NCBI GenBank assembly: GCA_945861645.1
Contig: CAMAVZ010000001.1
Location: 1 to 64,000, forward strand
Direction: 5' to 3'
DNA length: 64,000 nucleotides
Source: Opitutus sp. GAS368
Lineage (GTDB): Bacteria; Verrucomicrobiota; Verrucomicrobiia; Opitutales; Opitutaceae
In this document: piece after piece, positions 19,285-29,795 of the stretch
Position numbering within the stretch: position 1 is the stretch's first letter
How the letters are laid out: every line of letters begins with the position of its first letter
Program-made: the position numbers and the translations under genes
The notes under the pieces: generated by a model
What the model saw: only the letters and a program-made list of their open reading frames with translations
Database searches by the model: none
What the model was told of the DNA's origin: nothing

Positions 19285-21345
19285 ATGCCCCCGAACTATC
19301 AAGCCCCAGCTCCCAGGCTAGGTTGGGCGATCGGTGGGTTAATTTTGGCGACCTGCTTGGTCTATCTTAACAGTCTGACGGGCCCCTTTGTTTTTGATGA
19401 CCAGTCGGCTATCCTGGAAAATCCAACTATCCGCCGACTCGGGTCGCTCGGCGACGTGCTATCGCCTCATTTGGATGGTGGCCTGACCATCAGCGGTCGT
19501 CCGGTGGTGAACTTAAGTTTAGCCGTGAACTACGCTTGCGGGGGCTACGGGGTTATGGGGTATCACCTGTTCAATCTGCTGGTGCATGGCTTGGCGGGTT
19601 TAACCCTTTTCGGTCTCTTGCGCCGCACCCTAGCAGGACGGCTCCCTTCGAGCCCACTCGCCGGCGCGCCAGGAAACCGATTTGCCGGCACCCGCTGGTC
19701 AGAAAACGCCCTGGGGTTAGCTTTTTTCACGACGCTGCTTTGGCTGGTGCATCCCTTGCAGACTAGTGCGGTTACTTACGTCGTGCAGCGCGCGGAATTG
19801 CTCATGGCCCTATGCTACTTACTGACTCTTTATAGTTTCCTCCGCGGAGTAAGCGCTGTTCAACCCGGTCGTTGGTTATCATTATCGTGGTGCGCGTGTC
19901 TGGTCGGAATGGCTTGCAAGGAGGTCATGGCGACCGCGCCGCTCATGGTTCTGCTGTACGATCGTATTTTTGTGGCCGAGAGCTTCGCCGAGGCCTGGGC
20001 TCGCCGGCGGGGTTATTATCTTGGTTTGGCGAGCTCGTGGCTTTGGCTGGCTTATCTGGTCATCGGTACCGCTGGCCGAGGTGGGACCGCGGGTTTCGGC
20101 ACCGAAGTTTCGGTTTGGCACTACAGTCTGACCCAGGCTTGGGCCGTGTTGCACTATGCGGGTTTGGCGCTTTGGCCGGATCCGCTCATCTTTGATTACG
20201 GCACGGCCACCATCACCAGCGCCGCCACCGTTTGGTGGCAGCTGCTGCTTCTCGGTATATTAGTGGGGGCGACGGTTGTCGCTCTCGTACGGCGCGCGGT
20301 GGGCGGTTTTATGGGGGCCTGGTTTTTCCTGATCTTGGCGCCGAGTTCTAGTCTCGTGCCGGTCGCTTCACAAACGATGGCGGAGCATCGGATGTATTTG
20401 TCACTGGCCGCACTCATGCTGCTGGTGGTGGCCGTACTTTTTACTTGGTTGGGACGCCGCGCTTGGCTGGTTTGCGGTATTTTAGCTGCGGCCAGTGGCG
20501 GGCTGACGGTGCAGCGCAATGCAGATTATCACAGCGAGCAGCGGCTCTGGGCTGACACGGTCGCGAAAAATCCTGCGAACGGTCGGGCGCATAACAATCT
20601 GGGCAAGGCGATATTTTCAGCTGGGCGATCGGCCGAAGCTTTGGGTCACTATGAGCAAGCGATCCGCCTGCAGCCCAAGGGGGCAGAGCCGCATTATAAT
20701 CTCGGGTTGGCTTTGGCGCACCTCGATCGTTTCGCCGAGGCCATCCGGGAATATGAGACGGCCTTGCGCCTGCAGCCGAACTATGCCGCCGCCCACAATA
20801 ATTCGGGCAACGCTTGGCTGGCGACGGGGCGCTGGGCGGAAGCGAGCGAACAGTATGAAGCGGCCGTGCGAATTAATCCCCGTTTTGCCGAGGCGCGCAG
20901 CAATCTCTCGAATGTGCGCTTGGAGCAGGGCCGCATCGCGGAGGCCATCGAGCAGGGGGAGCAGGCGGTGCGATTGGATGCCCAACATCCGGCGGCCCAT
21001 TATAATCTGGGCAACGCTCTCGCGCAAGCTGGCCGCTTGGCGGCAGCGTTGGAGCAATATGAGGCTGCCTTGCGCTGGCGGCCTGATTTTGCCGAGGCGA
21101 ACAACAACCTTGGCAATGTCCTCGTCGAACTTGAGCGATGGCCGGAAGCGGTGAAGGCCTATGAGCGGGCTTTGCAACTCCAGCCCAATTATCCCGATGC
21201 GCGACGCAATGTAGCTCAAGTTCTCGCGCATCTTGGTCGCGTGCCGGAGGCCATCGCGCATTATCGGATACTCGTGCAGTTATTGCCTCACGATGAAAAG
21301 GCTCGGGCGGAGCTCGCTCAGCTCCGGGCATTGCCTCCGCCCTGA
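19285..21345 (+). CDS. Multi-pass membrane protein with C-terminal TPRs (TMTC-like, GT-C-type)
   Basis: FVFDD motif after TM1, about 10 hydrophobic segments, HPLQT, CKE, AEHRMYL, then about 7-8 TPRs; start could be GTG 19276. Confidence 0.82.
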   Translation: MPPNYQAPAPRLGWAIGGLILATCLVYLNSLTGPFVFDDQSAILENPTIRRLGSLGDVLSPHLDGGLTISGRPVVNLSLAVNYACGGYGVMGYHLFNLLVHGLAGLTLFGLLRRTLAGRLPSSPLAGAPGNRFAGTRWSENALGLAFFTTLLWLVHPLQTSAVTYVVQRAELLMALCYLLTLYSFLRGVSAVQPGRWLSLSWCACLVGMACKEVMATAPLMVLLYDRIFVAESFAEAWARRRGYYLGLASSWLWLAYLVIGTAGRGGTAGFGTEVSVWHYSLTQAWAVLHYAGLALWPDPLIFDYGTATITSAATVWWQLLLLGILVGATVVALVRRAVGGFMGAWFFLILAPSSSLVPVASQTMAEHRMYLSLAALMLLVVAVLFTWLGRRAWLVCGILAAASGGLTVQRNADYHSEQRLWADTVAKNPANGRAHNNLGKAIFSAGRSAEALGHYEQAIRLQPKGAEPHYNLGLALAHLDRFAEAIREYETALRLQPNYAAAHNNSGNAWLATGRWAEASEQYEAAVRINPRFAEARSNLSNVRLEQGRIAEAIEQGEQAVRLDAQHPAAHYNLGNALAQAGRLAAALEQYEAALRWRPDFAEANNNLGNVLVELERWPEAVKAYERALQLQPNYPDARRNVAQVLAHLGRVPEAIAHYRILVQLLPHDEKARAELAQLRALPPP

Positions 21346-21387
21346 TTTTCCCTCGCGCCCATAATCAATCACGGCTGCTTTAATCTT

Positions 21388-22032
21388 GTGATAGCAACTT
21401 ACACTCGGCGAGAGGAACTCGCCCATAGCCTTACCCATGGCCTGGGGATCGTTGCCAGTTTGCTGGGCCTCGTCTGCTTGGTGGTTTTTGCGGTGCGCTT
21501 CGGGACGGTCTGGCATGTGGTTAGCGTAACCATTTTTGGCGTAGCCCTCGTCCTGCTCTACACCTCCTCCACTCTCTACCACAGTTTTCAACATGGACCG
21601 ACTAAGCAAGTGCTACAAAAATTTGATCACGCGGCTATTTTTCTACTCATTGCCGGAACTTATACGCCTTTCCTATTGGTGACGTTACGCGGGCCTTGGG
21701 GGTGGAGTTTATTCGGCGTGGTCTGGGGGTTGGCGATAACGGGAGTTCTGCTGAAATTTTGGTTCGCCGGACGTTTTCGCCTCGTTTCCACTTTGATTTA
21801 TATCGGTATGGGTTGGCTGGTGATGATTGCCCTCAAACCGCTGCGGGCGGCGCTGCCAGGCGCGGGATTGGAACTCTTGCTGGCGGGAGGTCTCTGCTAC
21901 ACGGGCGGCACGATTTTCTATCTCTGGAAGCGTCTGCCTTATCATCATGCGATCTGGCACCTCTGCGTGTTAGGTGGCAGTGCCTGTCATTGGTTTTCGA
22001 TTTTTTTCTACGTGTTGCCAGCTGCGCCCTGA
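21388..22032 (+). CDS. Hemolysin III / PAQR family membrane protein (YqfA/TrhA-like)
   Basis: SSTLYH, DHAAIFLLIAGTYTP, HAIWH. Confidence 0.92.
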   Translation: MIATYTRREELAHSLTHGLGIVASLLGLVCLVVFAVRFGTVWHVVSVTIFGVALVLLYTSSTLYHSFQHGPTKQVLQKFDHAAIFLLIAGTYTPFLLVTLRGPWGWSLFGVVWGLAITGVLLKFWFAGRFRLVSTLIYIGMGWLVMIALKPLRAALPGAGLELLLAGGLCYTGGTIFYLWKRLPYHHAIWHLCVLGGSACHWFSIFFYVLPAAP

Positions 22033-22047
22033 GTTCATCGCCGCCCT

Positions 22048-22614
22048 GTGTTAATAGCCCTGCATAAGCCCTACGGCGTTCTCGCGCAATTCACGCCCGA
22101 GCCCGGCTCGCGTTGGCGTACCCTCGCGGAATTCAAACTGCCGCCCAAGGTCTACGCCCTCGGTCGACTTGATGCGGATTCGGAAGGTCTGCTGCTTTTT
22201 TCGGATGAACCGGGTCTCAACTCCCATTTACTCGATCCTGACGCGGCGCACCGGCGCGAATACTGGGTGCAGGTCGAAGGCGTACCGACTGCTGAAGCGC
22301 TGGCGCAACTCGCGCGGGGCGTGAAGATCGGTGACTACACGACGCGGCCCTGCACGATTCGTCGGTTGGAGCCGGTTCCCCTTGTCCCGCCCCGCGATCC
22401 GCCGATTCGGGTGCGCAAAACTATTCCTGATTGCTGGCTCACGCTGGAGTTGATCGAGGGAAAGAATCGACAGGTTCGGCACATGACGGCCGCGATCGGT
22501 CATCCGACCTTGCGGTTAATGCGTCGGCGTATGGGGCAGTTTTCGCTTGGCGATTTGCCCATCGGGCAGTGGCGCGAGTTGACCGCGGTGGAGCGGGCTG
22601 CCGTGTTTGCGTAA
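22048..22614 (+). CDS. rluE: Pseudouridine synthase, RluE-like
   Basis: HKPYGVL, GRLDADSEGLLL, EGKNRQVR, GHPTLRL. Confidence 0.8.
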   Translation: MLIALHKPYGVLAQFTPEPGSRWRTLAEFKLPPKVYALGRLDADSEGLLLFSDEPGLNSHLLDPDAAHRREYWVQVEGVPTAEALAQLARGVKIGDYTTRPCTIRRLEPVPLVPPRDPPIRVRKTIPDCWLTLELIEGKNRQVRHMTAAIGHPTLRLMRRRMGQFSLGDLPIGQWRELTAVERAAVFA

Positions 22615-22689
22615 TGGTTCATACGCGCCGACGTCTGATAAGCGTCTGGCTTAGTTCACCCCGTTGACGATAACGGCCGACTAATTAAT

Positions 22690-23133
22690 TCAAGATTTTT
22701 TCCCCGCAAATAAGCGATCGATCAGTCGGTTAACGGAGACGGTCGATGACTCGCGCAAGGGGATAGTGGTGACTAGACTGGCGGAGGCAAAGGCTTGCGA
22801 TTTTTGCGGCTCGCGTGCGTCGATTTGGAGATAAACGAGGTGCTCACCGAAATCCCAGCCCCAACGATCTTGGTAAACAATGACCGCCTGGGTCTCCTCC
22901 GGCATCATCGTGAGTGGGCCGATTTCAACTTTTAGACCGCGCGCCTGTAGCGCGGCCGCGATTTGGTGATCGAGCCCATGGTTGTCACTCGGGTTGTGGA
23001 TAATAAAAAACCGCTGAGTGTGCGCGAGGTCGTAACCTTTTTCGATGCGGGCATCGTATGAGGCGCAACCACTGAGCAGTAGGCTTAAGATAAATAAAAA
23101 GCCTAGGGGGAATCGAGTCGCGGCAGTTTTCAT
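22690..23133 (-). CDS. Hypothetical lipoprotein
   Basis: LLLSGC lipobox; ATG overlaps pepT stop (ATGA coupling). Confidence 0.75.
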   Translation of the reverse strand: MKTAATRFPLGFLFILSLLLSGCASYDARIEKGYDLAHTQRFFIIHNPSDNHGLDHQIAAALQARGLKVEIGPLTMMPEETQAVIVYQDRWGWDFGEHLVYLQIDAREPQKSQAFASASLVTTIPLRESSTVSVNRLIDRLFAGKKS

Positions 23134-24371
23134 GCGGAAGGCTCCGCCCAAACTTGGGCGAGATGAACGAGAGTTTCAACGGCTTTTGCCATGTCTTGCA
23201 AGCTGACCCATTCCCGAGGGCTATGCACTTCATGCATGCCGCAGAATATATTAGGGGTGGGGAGGCCGCGCTGGGTGAGGCTGGATCCATCAGTGCCGCC
23301 GCGGATGGGCGCGGAATGCGGCGTGAGGCCGGCGCGCCGCATCGCGGTTCGCGCGTATTCCACCGGGCGCAAATCTTTTTCCAGCCAGTAGCGCATATTG
23401 CGATATTGTTCCGTAAACGTGAGCGTTAAGCGGGCTTGGGGTTCGGCGAGGCGGAGTGAGGCCGTAATATTTTCGAGCTGCCCGCGCTGCGCCGCGAGCC
23501 CCGCGAGTTCGAAGTCGCGCAGGATGAGCCGAACTTTCGCGCGCTCAGAGGTCCCGCTGCATTCGACGGGATGAATGAAGCCCGCGCGGCCCGCGGTGCG
23601 TTCGGGTGATTGCTCGGGTGGTAATGCCGCCACAAAACGACCGGCGAGGCGCAGCGCATTTACCATGACCCCTTGGGCCCAGCCGGGATGAGCCGCTACG
23701 CCCTGAATTTCCAGCACGGCCGCATCGGCGCTGAAGGATTCAAATTCAATTTCGCCCGGAGAAGATCCATCGAGCGTGTAACCACAGACGGCGCCGAGCT
23801 GGGCGAGGTCAAGTTTGGTGACGCCGCGAGCGATTTCTTCATCAGGATTAAAGCACAGTCGAATGGGACCATGGGGGATTTCGGGATGCTGCCGCAGGTG
23901 GCGCACGGCACTCATGATAACGGCGATCCCCGATTTATCATCTGCGCCTAGAAGCGTAGTGCCGCGGGCGGTAATAATATCGTGGCCCAGTGCGGCGCGG
24001 AGAAAGGGCGTGGTGTCGATCGACAGCACTTGCGTGGGGTCATCGGGCAAAATGAGGGGCCGGCCATCATACGCGCGGTGGACGATGGGCTGCGCTGCAC
24101 TCGGCAAATTAGTCGCCGTGTCGACGTGCGCAAACCAAGCGATCGTGGGAATTTTTTTTTGCGCAGTAGCGGGAAGCGTTGCGAGCACGTAGCCGTGTTC
24201 CGTCAGCAGTACATCGGTTAATCCAATGGCGAGCAGCTCTTGCTGAAGCAGGCGAAGCAGGTCCCATTGCCCAGGAGTGCTCGGAGCGGTGGGCGATTGT
24301 TCATCGCTGCGCGTGTCGATTTGGACGTAACGCAAAAAGCGCGCGAGCAGGTCGGCGGTGTCGATAACCAT
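23130..24371 (-). CDS. pepT: Peptidase T (M20B tripeptidase)
   Basis: AHVDT, LLGADDKSG, PDEEI, IRGGTDG, PTPNIFCG.H..HS. Confidence 0.94.
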   Translation of the reverse strand: MVIDTADLLARFLRYVQIDTRSDEQSPTAPSTPGQWDLLRLLQQELLAIGLTDVLLTEHGYVLATLPATAQKKIPTIAWFAHVDTATNLPSAAQPIVHRAYDGRPLILPDDPTQVLSIDTTPFLRAALGHDIITARGTTLLGADDKSGIAVIMSAVRHLRQHPEIPHGPIRLCFNPDEEIARGVTKLDLAQLGAVCGYTLDGSSPGEIEFESFSADAAVLEIQGVAAHPGWAQGVMVNALRLAGRFVAALPPEQSPERTAGRAGFIHPVECSGTSERAKVRLILRDFELAGLAAQRGQLENITASLRLAEPQARLTLTFTEQYRNMRYWLEKDLRPVEYARTAMRRAGLTPHSAPIRGGTDGSSLTQRGLPTPNIFCGMHEVHSPREWVSLQDMAKAVETLVHLAQVWAEPSA

Positions 24372-24581
24372 GGGGCAACTGTGCCGCCGCCGCCTTAGTC
24401 GACAATCAGAAAGCTCCGTGGCGGCTGATCGTTTTAGTTTTGTGCGGTGCAGGCTGGTATTAAGGACAATATTAGTTATCCGCTAACGCACGGAGCGACT
24501 CTCGTGGTGCCCGCAACATCCCCCGAGGAACTAGCGTCGTATTTGTTGGTCTGAGCCATTACTCCTTTTTATTGTCCTACT

Positions 24582-25097
24582 ATGAAAACCAAAATCATCT
24601 TAATCTTTCCTCTGAGCTGGTCCTTGCTGGTCGTGGGCTGCGTCGGTACGGGGCCGAGCACTCAAGAGGGAGCGGTCGCGGGCGGCGTACTGGGCGCCAT
24701 AGCGGGAGCTATTATTGGCAATAATTCTGGCAACGGCAAAGGGGGCCAAGGGGCTTTGATGGGCGCGGCGGTGGGATCTATTTTGGGTGGGACAATTGGA
24801 AATCAGGCCGACCACAGAAATGGCACGATCTATGGCTCCGAGCAGGCTGCGACCACGCAGATCACCGCCGAGTCGCCACCTCTGCCGCCGCCGCCACAGC
24901 GGCAGGTAGTCGTCTATCAGCGGCCCGCGCCGACCGCGCTGTGGATTGAAGGCCACTGGGAATTTGACGGCCGGGGGTATTACTGGGTGGACGGACGCTG
25001 GGAAATTCCCCCGCCACGTTATCATCACTATGTGGGGCCGCGCTGGGAGCGCCGTGCGCGGGGCCACGTTTATATCCGGGGCCACTGGCGGCTCTAA
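24582..25097 (+). CDS. Lipoprotein with glycine zipper, Pro-rich linker and WxxGxW (YXWGXW) repeats
   Basis: LLVVGC lipobox, GAVAGGVLGAIAGAIIG, WIEGHW / WVDGRW / YIRGHW. Confidence 0.8.
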   Translation: MKTKIILIFPLSWSLLVVGCVGTGPSTQEGAVAGGVLGAIAGAIIGNNSGNGKGGQGALMGAAVGSILGGTIGNQADHRNGTIYGSEQAATTQITAESPPLPPPPQRQVVVYQRPAPTALWIEGHWEFDGRGYYWVDGRWEIPPPRYHHYVGPRWERRARGHVYIRGHWRL

Positions 25098-25130
25098 GCC
25101 GTTGCTCTGAGCTGCCGCGGCGGGTGGTGG

Positions 25131-27287
25131 TTATTTAACACCGTCGAGCCCGCGGCGCTCGAGGAACGGCGCGATGTCGGGATCGCCCCCGGTAAAGTCG
25201 CGGAACAGCTTCATGGCGTCTTCGCTGCCGCCACGAGATAGCAGCTTCTGCCGAAGGCGATCGCCGTTGGCGCGGGTGAGGCCGCCGTGGGTCTTGATCC
25301 AGTTAACGCTCGTGGCGTCGAGCACCTCGCTCCAAAAATAAGAATAATAACCCGCCGAGTAGCCGCCCCCAAAGCTATGAGAGAAATAGGTGCTGCGGTA
25401 GCGCGACGGTACGGGCGCAAAATCTAGGCCGGCTTTTTTTAGCACGGCGCGCTCGAAGGCGAGGACGTCGTCCGCCTCAATCTTATCGGTGGCGCTGAGT
25501 TGATGCCAGGCTTGGTCAATCAGATTGGCCGCGACTAATTCCGTGGTGGCAAAACCTTGGTTAAATTTATTCGTCGCCTCTACTTTCGCCAGCAGCTCGG
25601 ACGGAATCGCCACGCCCGTCTCGTAGTGCTTGGCATAGTTCGCTAAGATCGATGGCCAAGCGGCCCACATTTCATTTATTTGGGAGGGGAATTCGACAAA
25701 ATCCCGTGGCACGCTGGTGCCAGCAAAGCGTGGATATTTGACCTGGGAAAACATGCCGTGCAGGGCGTGGCCAAATTCATGGAAGGCCGTCCGGACTTCA
25801 TCGTGCGTCAAGAGCATCGGTTCACCAGCGGGAGGCTGGGTGAGATTGAGGTGGTTCGCAATCACGGGGCGGGTGCCGCGCAATCCATTTTGCGCAACGT
25901 AGGCATTCATCCAAGCTCCCCCATTCTTGTTGGAGCGCGCGTATAAATCGGCAATGAAGATGGCGAGTGGGGTGCCATCAGCTTCAAAAACATCGAACAC
26001 GCGGACGGTTGGTTCGTAGACCGGCAGATCGTGACGTTCCTTAAAGGTGAGACCGTAGAACTGGCCGGCGGCAAAGAAAACGCCGTCGAGTAAAACGTGA
26101 TTAAGCTCGAAGTACGGTTTGAGTTGGGTTTCGTCGAAATCATATTTCGTCTGCCGAACTTTCTCCGCGTAATATTGCCAATCGGCGGCGCCGAGGGCGA
26201 AGCCGCCCTTTTCTTGATCAATGATGGCTTGCATGTCGGCGGCTTCGCGGCGCGCGTTGGCCACGGCGGGGGGTCCGAGTTGGGCGAGCAATTTATTTAC
26301 GACGTCGACTGACCCAGCGGTCTGCTCTTCGAGCGAGAAGGCCGCATAAGTGGGGTAGCCGAGGAGGCGGGCGCGCTCGGCGCGTTTTTGGGCAAGGGCT
26401 GCGACGATGGCCCGATTATCAAATTCACCGCCACGACTGCCGCGGGCGAGTGAGGCGGCCATGACTTTAGCGCGGGTCGCGTGATTCTTGAGCGACGTGA
26501 GTGGGGGTTGTCCGGTCGTATTCTGGAGGCGGATTTTATATTTACCGTCGTGCCCTTCAGCCTTAGCGGCGGTCGCCGCCGCGGCAATTTCTGCTTCGGA
26601 AAATCCGCTCAGTTCTTCGCGCGTATCGATCCACACGGCGGAGACTGCGACTTCCTTTAAAGTGTTTTGGGTAAAGCTGGTTTGGAGCGTCGCCAGCTGA
26701 CGGTTGAGTGCTTTTAATTTTTCTTGATCTGCCGGAGCCAGTTTGGCGCCGGCGCGCACAAAATCTTTGTAGTAGCGCCAGAGTACGCGTTGGGACTCGG
26801 CATCTAGGCCGAGAGTTTCCCGGGCCGTGTAAAGCGTTTCGATGCGCGCAAAGAGAACGGGATTAAGACGAATAGCGTCCGAGTGAGCCGACAATTGCGG
26901 GGAAAGCGTCCGTTGCAGTTTCTGTAGTTCGGGGTTGGTGTTACAGCTCGCGAGGCTCCCAAAGATCGTGCTAACGCGTGAGAGCAGCTCGCCGGCTTGC
27001 TCCAAAGCCACGATGGTATTTTCAAAGGTCGGCGCCGAGGGATTATCGGCAATGCGGGCAATTTCTTCTAAGTGGGCCGCCATGCCTAGGGTAAAGCCGG
27101 GAGCGAAGTGCTCATTTTTAATTTTATCAAATTGCGGGTATTGAAAGGGCAGGGGGCTTTCGGTGAGAAGGGGGTTGTCAGTCATGGCGGAGGCAGTAAC
27201 GGCGGCGGGGAGTCCAAGGGGTTGCGCCAAGGTTATGATAAAAGATAAGACGAGCAGGGATAAGCAACGGTGGTCAGTGGTTTTCAT
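25131..27287 (-). CDS. dcp: M3 family metallopeptidase (peptidyl-dipeptidase Dcp-like), exported
   Basis: HEFGHALH, RDFVEFPSQ, GYSAGYYSY.WSE; signal-like N-terminus from MKTTDHR. Confidence 0.88.
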   Translation of the reverse strand: MKTTDHRCLSLLVLSFIITLAQPLGLPAAVTASAMTDNPLLTESPLPFQYPQFDKIKNEHFAPGFTLGMAAHLEEIARIADNPSAPTFENTIVALEQAGELLSRVSTIFGSLASCNTNPELQKLQRTLSPQLSAHSDAIRLNPVLFARIETLYTARETLGLDAESQRVLWRYYKDFVRAGAKLAPADQEKLKALNRQLATLQTSFTQNTLKEVAVSAVWIDTREELSGFSEAEIAAAATAAKAEGHDGKYKIRLQNTTGQPPLTSLKNHATRAKVMAASLARGSRGGEFDNRAIVAALAQKRAERARLLGYPTYAAFSLEEQTAGSVDVVNKLLAQLGPPAVANARREAADMQAIIDQEKGGFALGAADWQYYAEKVRQTKYDFDETQLKPYFELNHVLLDGVFFAAGQFYGLTFKERHDLPVYEPTVRVFDVFEADGTPLAIFIADLYARSNKNGGAWMNAYVAQNGLRGTRPVIANHLNLTQPPAGEPMLLTHDEVRTAFHEFGHALHGMFSQVKYPRFAGTSVPRDFVEFPSQINEMWAAWPSILANYAKHYETGVAIPSELLAKVEATNKFNQGFATTELVAANLIDQAWHQLSATDKIEADDVLAFERAVLKKAGLDFAPVPSRYRSTYFSHSFGGGYSAGYYSYFWSEVLDATSVNWIKTHGGLTRANGDRLRQKLLSRGGSEDAMKLFRDFTGGDPDIAPFLERRGLDGVK

Positions 27288-27361
27288 CGGGGAAAGAGGC
27301 TGAGAGCAGAGGCCTTGGTTGGATTTTGGCAAGATTTTTGGCGCTGGCTGGCCCACATAAT

Positions 27362-28588
27362 TTACCGCGTTAGTCGGCGCACTTTGCCCGACACAAGATT
27401 GCAAAATAGCAATTCACCGTCGGCAGGATTTCTGCCGAAGCTAACCACTGCGCTAGGCTCTTTAGCGATCTCGGTGAAGCGACCGGCCGAGTTCGGCGGG
27501 AGTGCGAAGATGCGCCCGCTGGCGAAATCAGCAAAAATATAGGTGCCGCTGAGTTCGGGCAAGGCTGGCCCGCGGTAGATTATGCCGCCGGTCACCGAGA
27601 CGCCTAATTTGTGGTCATAATCTGCGATGGGCTCAGCCAGTCCCGCGCGGGGCTGGGCTTGCCCAAAGGCTTGTTTTCCCTCGCGCAGGGGCCAGCCGTA
27701 ATCTTGGCCGGGTTTGAGGATATTGATCTCTTCGATCAGATTTTGGCCAACATCACCTGTCATCCAAGTGTGACTGGGCGCATCGTAGGAGAAGCGCCAA
27801 GCGTTCCGGAGGCCCGTCGCCCAAGTTTCGGTCCTTAATTTAAGCGAATCGACGGGCTTGCCGCGATGCGCCCGCGTTCCGATGAAAGGATTGTCGGCCG
27901 GCACCGCGTAAAAAGCTTCACCTTGGGCATCTAAGTGCACGGCCGGATCGTTGTTGGGGCGGAGGTTGCCCGGCTGACGATCGACATCAATGCGGAAGAT
28001 CGCCGCGAAAAATCCTTTGTCGATGTGCCCGCCATGATCAAAGGCGTCGCCGCCCGCTCCGCCGTCTCCGCAGGAAAAATAAAGATAACCGTCCGGACCA
28101 AAATGCAAGTCGCCGCCGTTATGGTTACCTGCCGGATCAAGTTGCGGGATGAGCGGTTGCTCGCTGGCGACATCAACCTGCGCAAGGTCTGTCGGCGTAA
28201 CTTTAAATCGAGCAAGCCGTTGGTGTAATTTGCCCGCAATTTTCAGACTATAATACACATAAATTTGGTGATTCTCGGCAAAGCGCGGATGCACCGCGAG
28301 GCCGAGCAGGCCGCACTCCCCGCCGTGCTCAAACTTGCCGTCGCGGGGCTGGGTGAGGTCGAAAAAAAGTTGTTTGCGCGGCTGGTTTGCGCGGAGGCCG
28401 GTGACTAGTTGGACGGTGCCATTTTTTTCTAAGACCAAGAGGCGATCACTTTGCTCAGGGATTTCGGCGAGTCCGAGGGGCTGATTAAAGGTGAGACCAC
28501 CGAGGGCGTCAGCTGTTTGATAAGGGACTGGACTCGCCTGAGTGGATGAGGTGCTAAACAGGGCGAGCAAAAGGGTAGCGAGACGCAT
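27362..28588 (-). CDS. PQQ-dependent sugar/sorbosone dehydrogenase family beta-propeller, exported
   Basis: GLLGLAVHP, NHNGGDLHFGPDGYLY.S.GDGG, GLRNAWR, DYGWP. Confidence 0.87.
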   Translation of the reverse strand: MRLATLLLALFSTSSTQASPVPYQTADALGGLTFNQPLGLAEIPEQSDRLLVLEKNGTVQLVTGLRANQPRKQLFFDLTQPRDGKFEHGGECGLLGLAVHPRFAENHQIYVYYSLKIAGKLHQRLARFKVTPTDLAQVDVASEQPLIPQLDPAGNHNGGDLHFGPDGYLYFSCGDGGAGGDAFDHGGHIDKGFFAAIFRIDVDRQPGNLRPNNDPAVHLDAQGEAFYAVPADNPFIGTRAHRGKPVDSLKLRTETWATGLRNAWRFSYDAPSHTWMTGDVGQNLIEEINILKPGQDYGWPLREGKQAFGQAQPRAGLAEPIADYDHKLGVSVTGGIIYRGPALPELSGTYIFADFASGRIFALPPNSAGRFTEIAKEPSAVVSFGRNPADGELLFCNLVSGKVRRLTR

Positions 28589-28808
28589 AGGGGTATTTCG
28601 AAGAGGGAATTCGCGGACGCCGTTGAGCAACATACTGGACCTATTTAGTATTCATAGAATCAAAATTTTCAAGGAGTGCTCTGAGCGCGGGCAAATTTTA
28701 TCGAGCGAGTCGTCCGACCGCCTCCGTCGCGCGGCCGGATGGTAGCTGCGGGATCGAGGGACCAACATCGCTGTTGCCTCATGGGGCAGACGAATTGAGC
28801 ATGCGCGC

Positions 28809-29795
28809 ATGGCTAAACCGAAGATCAAGTGCGGCGTCGCGGGCGTGGGCTCGCTCGGCCAGCATCATGCGAGGATCTACGCGACCTTGCCGGCAGCGGA
28901 GCTGACCGGTATTTTTGAGGTGAGCGATGCTCGCGCGGCCGAGATTTGTGCGAAATATAATTGTCGCCGCTTTGCGACGATCGCAGAATTGGGTGAGGCG
29001 TGCGATGCCATCAGCGTCGTCGTCCCGACGGATCAGCACGCGCAGGTTGCCCTGCCGTTACTGGCGCAAGGCTGTCATTTGCTCATCGAAAAACCCTTAT
29101 GCGCTAATCTGGCCGAAGCGGAGCAGGTCCTCGCCGCGGCGCGGGAGCATCGCTGTCTCGTCCAGGTTGGCCACATCGAGCATTTTAATCCGGTGATGAG
29201 TTATTTGGAAAAGCACGCGGGGCATCCCCAGTATATTACCACCGAGCGACTGGCGCCTTATCAACCGCGCGGCACGGAGGTTGGCGTCGTGCTTGATCTC
29301 ATGATTCACGATATTGGGATTGTGCTAGCCTTGGTGAAGTCACCGATTCGCAAGATCGATAGCGTGGGCCTTACGGTGCTCTCCAAGACGGAAGATATCG
29401 CGAACGCGCGCATTGAATTTGAAAATGGCTGCGTGGCTAATCTCAGCGCGAGCCGAATGAGCCTGAAGAAAAATCGGGAGATCCGCGTCTTTCAAGATAA
29501 CGCGTATCTGTCGTTAGATTTCATGAACCAAAAAGGGCACCTCGTGAAAAAGAGCGATATCATTGCCTATGGTTTGAAAATGAAAATCGGACTCGTGCCC
29601 GCGGGCGACGCGAGTTCGATTCCGGTCCACGAAATTCCGATCGAGAAAGGTGAGCCCCTAGCGATTGAGTTAGCCCATTTTATCGAAAGCGTGCAGGAAG
29701 CGAAGCAACCTAAGGTCGGTGGCGCCCTCGGTAAGTCAGCGCTCGAAGTTGCCCTCACCATCACGGAGCAGATTCGGCGAGCGGCGCAAAGATGA
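28809..29795 (+). CDS. Gfo/Idh/MocA oxidoreductase, GnnA-like
   Basis: GVGSLG, EKP, GHIEHFNP, DLMIHDI; overlaps lpxB start. Confidence 0.85.
   Translation: MAKPKIKCGVAGVGSLGQHHARIYATLPAAELTGIFEVSDARAAEICAKYNCRRFATIAELGEACDAISVVVPTDQHAQVALPLLAQGCHLLIEKPLCANLAEAEQVLAAAREHRCLVQVGHIEHFNPVMSYLEKHAGHPQYITTERLAPYQPRGTEVGVVLDLMIHDIGIVLALVKSPIRKIDSVGLTVLSKTEDIANARIEFENGCVANLSASRMSLKKNREIRVFQDNAYLSLDFMNQKGHLVKKSDIIAYGLKMKIGLVPAGDASSIPVHEIPIEKGEPLAIELAHFIESVQEAKQPKVGGALGKSALEVALTITEQIRRAAQR

Noticed and set aside
20560-21260. Recurring DNA similarity (e.g. ATAATCT.GG) at about 102-bp period
   Set aside because: Explained by 34-aa TPR coding repeats; not a CRISPR array.
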